A stretch of DNA of 64,000 bases from assembly GCF_006345805.1 (NCBI RefSeq), contig NC_043006.1, forward strand, positions 11,036,001 to 11,100,000, given 5' to 3'. This stretch comes from Octopus sinensis (Eukaryota). Shown here piece after piece: positions 56,725 to 64,000 of the stretch. How positions within the stretch are numbered: the stretch's first letter is position 1; each line of letters starts with the position of its first letter. The notes under the pieces are model-generated. The model was not told the DNA's origin. It did no database searches and was given only the letters and a program-made list of their open reading frames with translations. The translations under genes were made by a program, and so were the position numbers.

Positions 56725-57120
56725 TATTACTCTTTTACTCTTTTAATTGTTTCAGTCATTTGACTGTGGCCATGCTAGAGCACCGCCTTTTAGTCGAGCA
56801 AATCGACCCCAGGACTTATTCTTTGTAAGCCTAGTACTTATTCTATCGCGTTTTTTTGCCGAACCGCTAAGTCACGGGGACTTAAACACACCAGCTTCGG
56901 TTGTCAAGTGATGCTGGGGTACAAACACAGACACACAAACATACACACACATATATGCATATATACGACCGGCTTCTTTCAGTTTCCGTCTACCAAATCC
57001 ACTCACAAGGCTTTGGTTGGCCCGAGGCTATAGTAGAAGACACTTTCCCACGGTGCCACGCAGTGGGACTGAAGCCGAAACCATGTGGTTGTTAAGCAAG
57101 CTACTTACCACACAGCCATT
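56725..57120 (-). mobile_element. SINE family A
   Basis: Co-linear in reverse, including the CTTTTA tail repeats. Confidence 0.9.
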
Positions 57121-57625
57121 CGTACGCCTTTGATGATAACTCTGGAACTATTCCAACACTTTTACTATCATGGGTAAAATCAAGAAAATATTGACAGATA
57201 GACAGTAATTATTGTTTAGCTTTTATCACATTTCTTGCTGAAAATGATGAAATCAATACTAATTTTCAGAAGAAAAACGCTTATAACATTTAAATAAAAT
57301 TATTTTTTTCATTCATATAGCTTCTGCCAGATCTACTCCTCCTACTCTCTCTTTTCTGCCTCCCCTTCCACCTCTTCCACCTCCTTTTCTTACTGTTCCT
57401 CTACTGCTAACTCTTTGTATCTTGGTGTATGTGTTTATAGTGCTCTTTACTCATTCTCTGCCACCAATCCTAGCATGTGAACCCCTCAAGCAACTCTTAT
57501 CTTACCTCTTTCTTTCTCTGTATCCCAGTTCTACACTCTTCGCCCAATCCCTATACGATATAAAGCTTTATTAGAGCAATCCACCCACAAACTTATATAT
57601 ACATATATACATCTTTAGTGTTGAT

Positions 57626-57659
<34 letters not shown>

Positions 57660-58171
57660 GTACGTATCTATGTATATATATATATATATGTATACAAACA
57701 TACGTACATACATGCATACACACATAGAGACAAAGTCAGAGAGCAACATTAACTTTCGCCTCCCTCTGACTTAGCCCTATATCTAACCGGTGATGTCTGT
57801 ATACATTCTATCATGACCCCTGAACACCGAACCCTGAAATAATATAACACATCTTAGTTATAAGAAACCCGTGAATCAGGAATCCCTATAAAGTGTGCCC
57901 ATGACACCCCCATTGTGTATATATAAGCAAAGAAAGATAAACGCCGAGTATACAAGAAGAAATACTAAGATATGTATTTTCTAATGCTTTTGCATGCATA
58001 ACTTAGAATGTAATATTAAGTTACATTACCGTATCTCTATTTTATATTGAACACTATGTAGCGACATGTGTGCATGTGTGTGTGTGTGTGTGTGTATGTG
58101 TGCGTGTGTTTGTGTGTGTGTGCGTGTGTGTGTGTGTGTGTGCGTGCGCGTGAGGTTTTGTGTATACGTAT

Positions 58172-58511
58172 ATAAAAGACCCCCTTCGGTCATGAGTGAC
58201 CATGGGTTTGCACCTAGAGAGTTACCCTCTGAGGCACAAGTCTGGGCAAGGTTTTTTTTTATGGAAGACCAGTAGTCGCCCATGCATACCGGCCTCCCCT
58301 CTCCACGCCACCAGTGTTACCCAAGGGAAAGACACAAAGGTCGATACAGCTTGGCACCTGTGACGTCGCAACTCATTTCTACAGCTGAGTGAACTGGAGC
58401 TACGTGAAATAAAGTGTCTTGCTCAAGAACACAACACGCAGCTCGGTCCGGGATTCGAGCTCACAACCTCACGATCGTAAGCTCGACGCTCTAAGCACTG
58501 AGCCACGCGCC
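58172..58511 (-). mobile_element. tRNA-derived SINE family D
   Basis: Head GGCGCGTGGCTCAGTGCTTAG..GAGCTCGAATCCCGG; core-like TTGAGCAAGACACTTTATTTCAC..CAGCTGTAGAAATG. Confidence 0.75.
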
Positions 58512-58524
58512 TGTATATAGATAC

Positions 58525-59270
58525 AGAAAAATAACATTCACCGAACATATTGACATTTGTGCCAATAACAAACAATCCAGCTTCAGAATGTTTCCCTTCT
58601 ATCAATTCAGGGACGATGCATCCTGTAGTCAGCGTATTAGTAAAGGGTCATTCTTTATCACAAAATATAAACCCCTTTTGAATACGTCCACCACAAATGA
58701 CACTATTACAAGGGTCTTAGAATAATACCCACGCAAATATTAAAAACGATAAATTCAGAACAGTCCCTTCACATGAATTTATTCAGAATAATTCCAATCA
58801 CTACTATTACAAATACAACGGGTCACTTTTAGGTCACGTGACCATTTAAGAGGATACCACTAATATCCTGCTACTGCCATACCACTCCCGCATTTTTCTC
58901 ATGCTTTCACTTTTTCTTCGCCGCCTCTTTTCTCAACTACTATTGCTGCTTAAACAAACAAAGACAAGAACTCATATCAAATAACTACTACTACCTGCTG
59001 CCTACTACCTAGAACTCAGATGAGTAAAACAAAGAGAGAGAGAGAGAGAGAGACAGGCAGAAAACGGGGAGATGTCCCTTGATGTTAAAACTATGAAAAA
59101 TATTTTAAAAAAACATTTCATTTAATATTTTTTCACAATTTAATTGTTTTTCATGCTTTACTCTAGGTTTAAAAAAGTCAGAAACCGGTACTAAAGTGTT
59201 CTTCACGATAAAATTATTTTAGCATTTTCTTCTTTTCTACCTTGTCTTTATTTTCCTTATATATATATAT
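58525..59270 (+). mobile_element. degraded PLE 3' end (GIY-YIG C-terminus + M2 module)
   Basis: 58530-58690 aligns with 4530-4685; 59090-59270 aligns with M2 and retains GAAACCGGTA with the core lost. Confidence 0.75.
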
Positions 59271-59289
59271 AAGCATATAAGCATATAAG

Positions 59290-59787
59290 CTATTGGGAAA
59301 GACTCAAGAGATTGAGACTCTATTCCTTAGAGCGTAGGCGAGAAAGATATGCCATAATATACATCTGGAAGATCCTAGAAGGACTTGTCCCAAACTTTGG
59401 CATCGAGAGTTACACAAATGCCAGAACTGGGCGCCACTGCATAGTGCCAAGGACTCCAAATTTGCCATCAAGATGTAGGACAAGATACTGTGATAGCCTG
59501 GGCTTCCGAGGCCCACAGCTCTTCAATATCCTCCCGAAGAACCTAAGAGACCTGCATGGGGCGGATGCAGATGTCTTTAAAATAAAACTGGATCTCTTCT
59601 TGTCAGGCGTCCCAGATGAACCAACTTCACGGCAGGAGGTGCAGATGAGGGCAGCTGCATCGAACTCTCTCATGCACCAAATGGCAATTGCTAAAAAGCA
59701 TTCGTGAAGTAAAATCATGTAGCAACACCAAATGGCGGTGCCCCAGCATGGCCACAGCTTGTGAGCTGAAACTAGATAAAAAAAAAA
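59290..59787 (+). mobile_element. CR1/L2-group LINE 3' end with SINE-A-like tail
   Basis: LYSLERRRERYAIIYIWKILEGLVPN..GPQLFNILPK..FKIKLDLFL..VPDEP; tail GGCGGTGCCCCAGCATGGCCACAGCTTGTGAGCTGAAAC. Confidence 0.88.
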
Positions 59788-60151
59788 TATGTATGTATGT
59801 ATGTATATGTATATATCTTTGTATTTACGTATGTGTCTCTATATATATGCATGGAAAGAGAGAGACACAGACAGACAGAGATCAGTAATATTATACTAAA
59901 TATATTATATATAAAGATATGAAAGAGATTCTCTGCAATATATTTACCTGTACAAAAGTTAATCTTATTTCGTGATATACACGAATAATTAAATATTATT
60001 TCGTAAAATACTATTTCATAATTTCGTTTTCAATTTAACGTTTAAGAGTAAATTTATATTTCTAATTAATTTATGGTTATCATTTTCAGGAAAAAAGGCC
60101 ATCAAATTATGTGTGTGTGTGTGTGTGTGTGTGTGTGAGTGTGTGTGTGTT

Positions 60152-60211
<60 letters not shown>

Positions 60212-60704
60212 TGTGTTTTGCAAGAGAGTGATTATTTAGGAAAACTTCGCCTGAAATTAATCTGTTGATTCTGCTCAAATACAAGTCGTTTGGTTAATCA
60301 GACAGACTTCGTGCCACAACTCTTCAAACTAATCTTATTTATTATCCTCTTTGTGCTCTAAACCTATTTACTCCTATCAGTATCATACAAATACAGTTGC
60401 CAGCAATTTTAAAGTGCAGAATCAGAACTCTGAGACGTCTGTTGCAGAAAGGTTTCGATCGCGTCAAACGAAAACCATAATAACGTTATCATTGTAAAAC
60501 CCTCAAAATCATGTTCAAATATTCAAGGATCAAATTGGATGCCCTAAGGAACACTGACTTAGAGTGATCGTTATGAACGAGACATAAATTAAGCAATTTG
60601 CGCTTATTGCTCCTTTTGACTGTCAGCTAAATTACACAGGGTACAATTCTGGATTAATATCGTTTTCAAATTTTAGCACAAGGTGAGCAATTTATTGGGA
60701 GTGA

Positions 60705-61100
60705 GTAAGTCGATTATATCGACCACAATGCTCAACTGGTACTTATTTTATCGACCCTAAAATGATGAAAGGCAAAGTCGACCTCACCGGAATTTGAAAT
60801 CAGAAGGCACTGACGGACGAAATGCCGCTTAGCATTTTGCTCGGCGTGCCAACAGACCTATTTCTTTACTACCCACAAGGGGCTAAACACAGAGAGGACA
60901 AACAAGGACAGTCAAACGGATTAAGTCGATTATATCGACCCCAGTGTGTAACTGGTATTTATCTCATCGACCCCGAAAGGATGAAAGACAAAGTCAACCT
61001 CGGCGTAATTGGAACTCAGAACGTAGCGGCAGACGAAATACCGCTAAGCATTTCGCCCGCCGTGCCATCGTTTCTGCCAACAGATCTGCCAGCTCGTTAC
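60705..61100 (-). mobile_element. nested SINE B within an older SINE B
   Basis: Inner copy 60857-61074; 10-bp direct repeat TGCCAACAGA at 60847-60856 and 61075-61084. Confidence 0.85.
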
Positions 61101-61144
61101 GCTCACTTGTAAATGTTAAAGCATGCCCATTCTTTATGATATGA

Positions 61145-61590
61145 ATGTGAATTCAGAAAAGAAGGGAGCTGATAGTTAGATTAATACCTCAAAGAACGGA
61201 ATAAATTCTGAAACGTACTTGGATATTCTGAAGAAGAAATTGCGAAACATGATCAATGTTGATCACGCTTAGCCCGATATTTCAACAGAATGACGCAGCC
61301 TGTCATTCTGCAAAATGCATGACAAACTAGCTTATAATTAATTATATTACACATTATTGAGTATTTGATTCAGATAATCATCTGACCTCATTCCTCTAGG
61401 AAAAGCAAAGATCTTATGAAAACTTTTTTTTAAATATCCTATAGAGCTTACTAGTGCAGCTTAATAGCCAACGATTTCAGATTTATAAGAAAAGATACTG
61501 CAGGAGATAATCACAGACTTTTGTTGGAAGTATACTTGTTCCGAGTTATCGTACTAAATATTGAGCTACCAAATATATTGTACTTTTGTA
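61145..61590 (+). pseudogene. Tc1-type DD34E transposase relic
   Basis: GINSETYLDILKKKL; FQQNDAACHSAK; SDLIP-like SPDLNP motif; terminal TKY. Confidence 0.65.
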
Positions 61591-61741
61591 AAATGTTGTC
61601 AGGTCATCTACTTATTTTCGTATAAAATACATCGATTGTGTTTTATCTATATCATCAGTCACAATATAAAATCTAGTTTTTGGCAGTGTATTCAAATATA
61701 AGACGAGAACTCGCATTTATGTGCGCGTGCATGTGTGTGTA

Positions 61742-61779
<38 letters not shown>

Positions 61780-62674
61780 CATTTTTAGAGATATATAGTT
61801 ATATGTACGTATATGTTCATGTGGACATGCATATACATGTATGTGCATATATTTATGACTTTGTATGAATATACGTAATAAATAGACATCCATATATCTT
61901 TCACGGAAACAACAATACCTATTATGTGCTCATGTCTCCCATTTATATGTGTGCGTATATGAATGCGTATGTGACTATGACTCTATGTGTGTATATGTAC
62001 ATATCTATGAATATTTATCCTTGTATGTAGGCATGTATGTATACATATATGTATATATATATATATTTATGTATATGCCTTTATATGGCTATATATCTAT
62101 ATATTTTTTTATATCTATCCCAAGAGGTTTTATACAAACATACACATATATATGTATATGTAAGCATGTATGTATGCATATATCTATTGTGTAGAGGATA
62201 GGTGTATGACGGAAGAAATTTGATAGGCACAACATGAAAGTAAATTACATGTTGTTTTGTATATTTGTTCGTTCTCATTTATGTTTTTCTATTTATTTTT
62301 CTTTTTTTATTTTTCCTTATTTTTGTTTCTTTATGTTTCCATTTCTTTCGTAAAGGCAACCATTTGTAAATCACTTGCACTACTTTTCGGAATTAAATTC
62401 TGTGATATTTCGTTTCATGCCTGATTGAAGGATATAGAGGTAGTCATGCCTGAAACTGTTATGGCTTGTAGAGGGAGCTGAACACAGATTAAAGTTGAAG
62501 CAGTACACTTAGTACAGATATTTTCCCTCACCATTCAGATTAGTGTTCGACAGATTGCTTAAGATTAGTCTTCAACACTGGTTTTAACTACGAAGATTTA
62601 CATATACCGATACATTAGCCGATTATTTTTGGTTGTTGTTGTTGCTGTTGTTGTTTTTGTTGTTGTTCTTTGCT

Positions 62675-63340
62675 AAGGCGGCGAGCTGGGAGAGTCGTTA
62701 GTAGGCTTGATGACGAAATGCTTAGCGGTATTTCGCCTGTCTTTATGTTCTGAGTTCAAATTCCTCTATGGTCGACTTTGCCTTTCATCCTTTCGAGCTC
62801 GAAAAAATTAAGTACCAATGTAACACTGAGATCGATGTAATCGAGTTATCCCCTCTCCAAAATGGCTGCCCATGTGGCAAATTATGAAATCATTATTGTT
62901 GTTGTTGTTGTTAAGGCGGCTCGCTGGCAGAATCGCTAGCACGCTGGAAGAAATGGTTAGCGGTATTTCACCCGAAAAGCAGAAACGTTAGCACGCCGGG
63001 CGAAATGCTTAGCGGTATTTCGTCTGCGTTACGTTGTGAGTTCAAATTTCGCCGAGGTCGACTTCGCCTTTCATCCTTTCGGGGTCGATAAAATTAAGTA
63101 CCAGTTACGCACTGGGTCGATGTAATCGACTTAATAACTATGTCTGTCCTTGTTTGTCCCCTCTGTGTTTAGCCCCTTGTGGGTAATAAAGAAATAGGTA
63201 TTTCACCCGTTCTCAGTTCAATTTTCTACGAGGTCGGCTTTGCCTTTCATTTGTTCGGGGCCGATAAAGTAAATACCAGGGAAATGCTGGTCCCGCCCCA
63301 CGAATTTGAGGCCTTTTTGCTTCCAGTAGAAAGGATTATT
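62675..63340 (+). mobile_element. cluster of three SINE B copies, one nested
   Basis: Old copy 62675-62890; old copy 62912-63340 split by young copy 62975-63196, with 13-bp TSD GGTATTTCACCCG (62962-62974, 63197-63209). Confidence 0.88.
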
Positions 63341-63401
63341 ATTACTATTATTATTGTTACTGTTGTTGCTGTTGTTGCTGCTGTTGTTGTCGTTTTTGTT
63401 G

Positions 63402-63482
<81 letters not shown>

Positions 63483-63611
63483 CAGGCTAGCTGTCCAAAT
63501 ATCGTTCGTGTTGCCTATTATTATTAATATTATTGTTGTAGTTGTTGTTGTCATTCTTTTTTCTACTTCTTGTTCTTCTCCTCTTTCATCTTCTTCAACA
63601 AATTATCTGAT

Positions 63612-63679
<68 letters not shown>

Positions 63680-64000
63680 ACATACATACATGTATCAGAT
63701 AATTTGTTGTTAACAGGAAAAACAAAACACAAGTAAAAAGAGAACTTATCTCATGAACTCCTGACTGAAAAGTTGGCAACATCATTGGCACCAAGAACTG
63801 CTAGCGATATCCTCTGCCTCTTCGACCTTATATTACCGATTTCTTTCCTCGGGCGCCCTCGCCCCTACAGGGAAGAGTGTCAGTTCAGGGATTGATATCA
63901 TCGGAAATCTTAATAGTAACCAGCGGCAAAACTAATATATATATATATTAATAATTGGTATCTTATATACATTAATGATTGTTGTTGTTAGTTCCTTCTC

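Overview
Eukaryotic, AT-rich, repeat-saturated DNA with one 100-N scaffold gap (7990-8089) and no host protein-coding gene, tRNA or rRNA gene that I can support. The SINE and microsatellite spectrum looks like an octopus (cephalopod) genome; this is inference from recall, not a search result. Contents: five tRNA-headed SINE families (labelled A-E here), four Penelope-like element (PLE) remnants, (AAT)n-flanked R4/Dong-type retrotransposons, RTE and CR1/L2-type LINE fragments, a Helitron helicase relic plus two non-autonomous Helitrons, a Tc1 relic and many microsatellites. The six-frame ORFs are mostly microsatellite artefacts or transposon fragments. The main signal is a dense, sequence-diverse set of type I hammerhead ribozyme (HHR) motifs: about 11 intact or near-intact plus several decayed in 64 kb, most with self-palindromic stem III and most next to (TA)n tracts. 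They include a PLE 3'-end family whose core reads UUGANAA (C3-G8 swapped to U3-A8) and a family with a long, co-varying stem II. Also notable is a SINE-LINE 3'-tail pair with a compensatorily mutated hairpin. All folds were worked out by eye, and element boundaries are approximate unless a TSD or terminus is cited.
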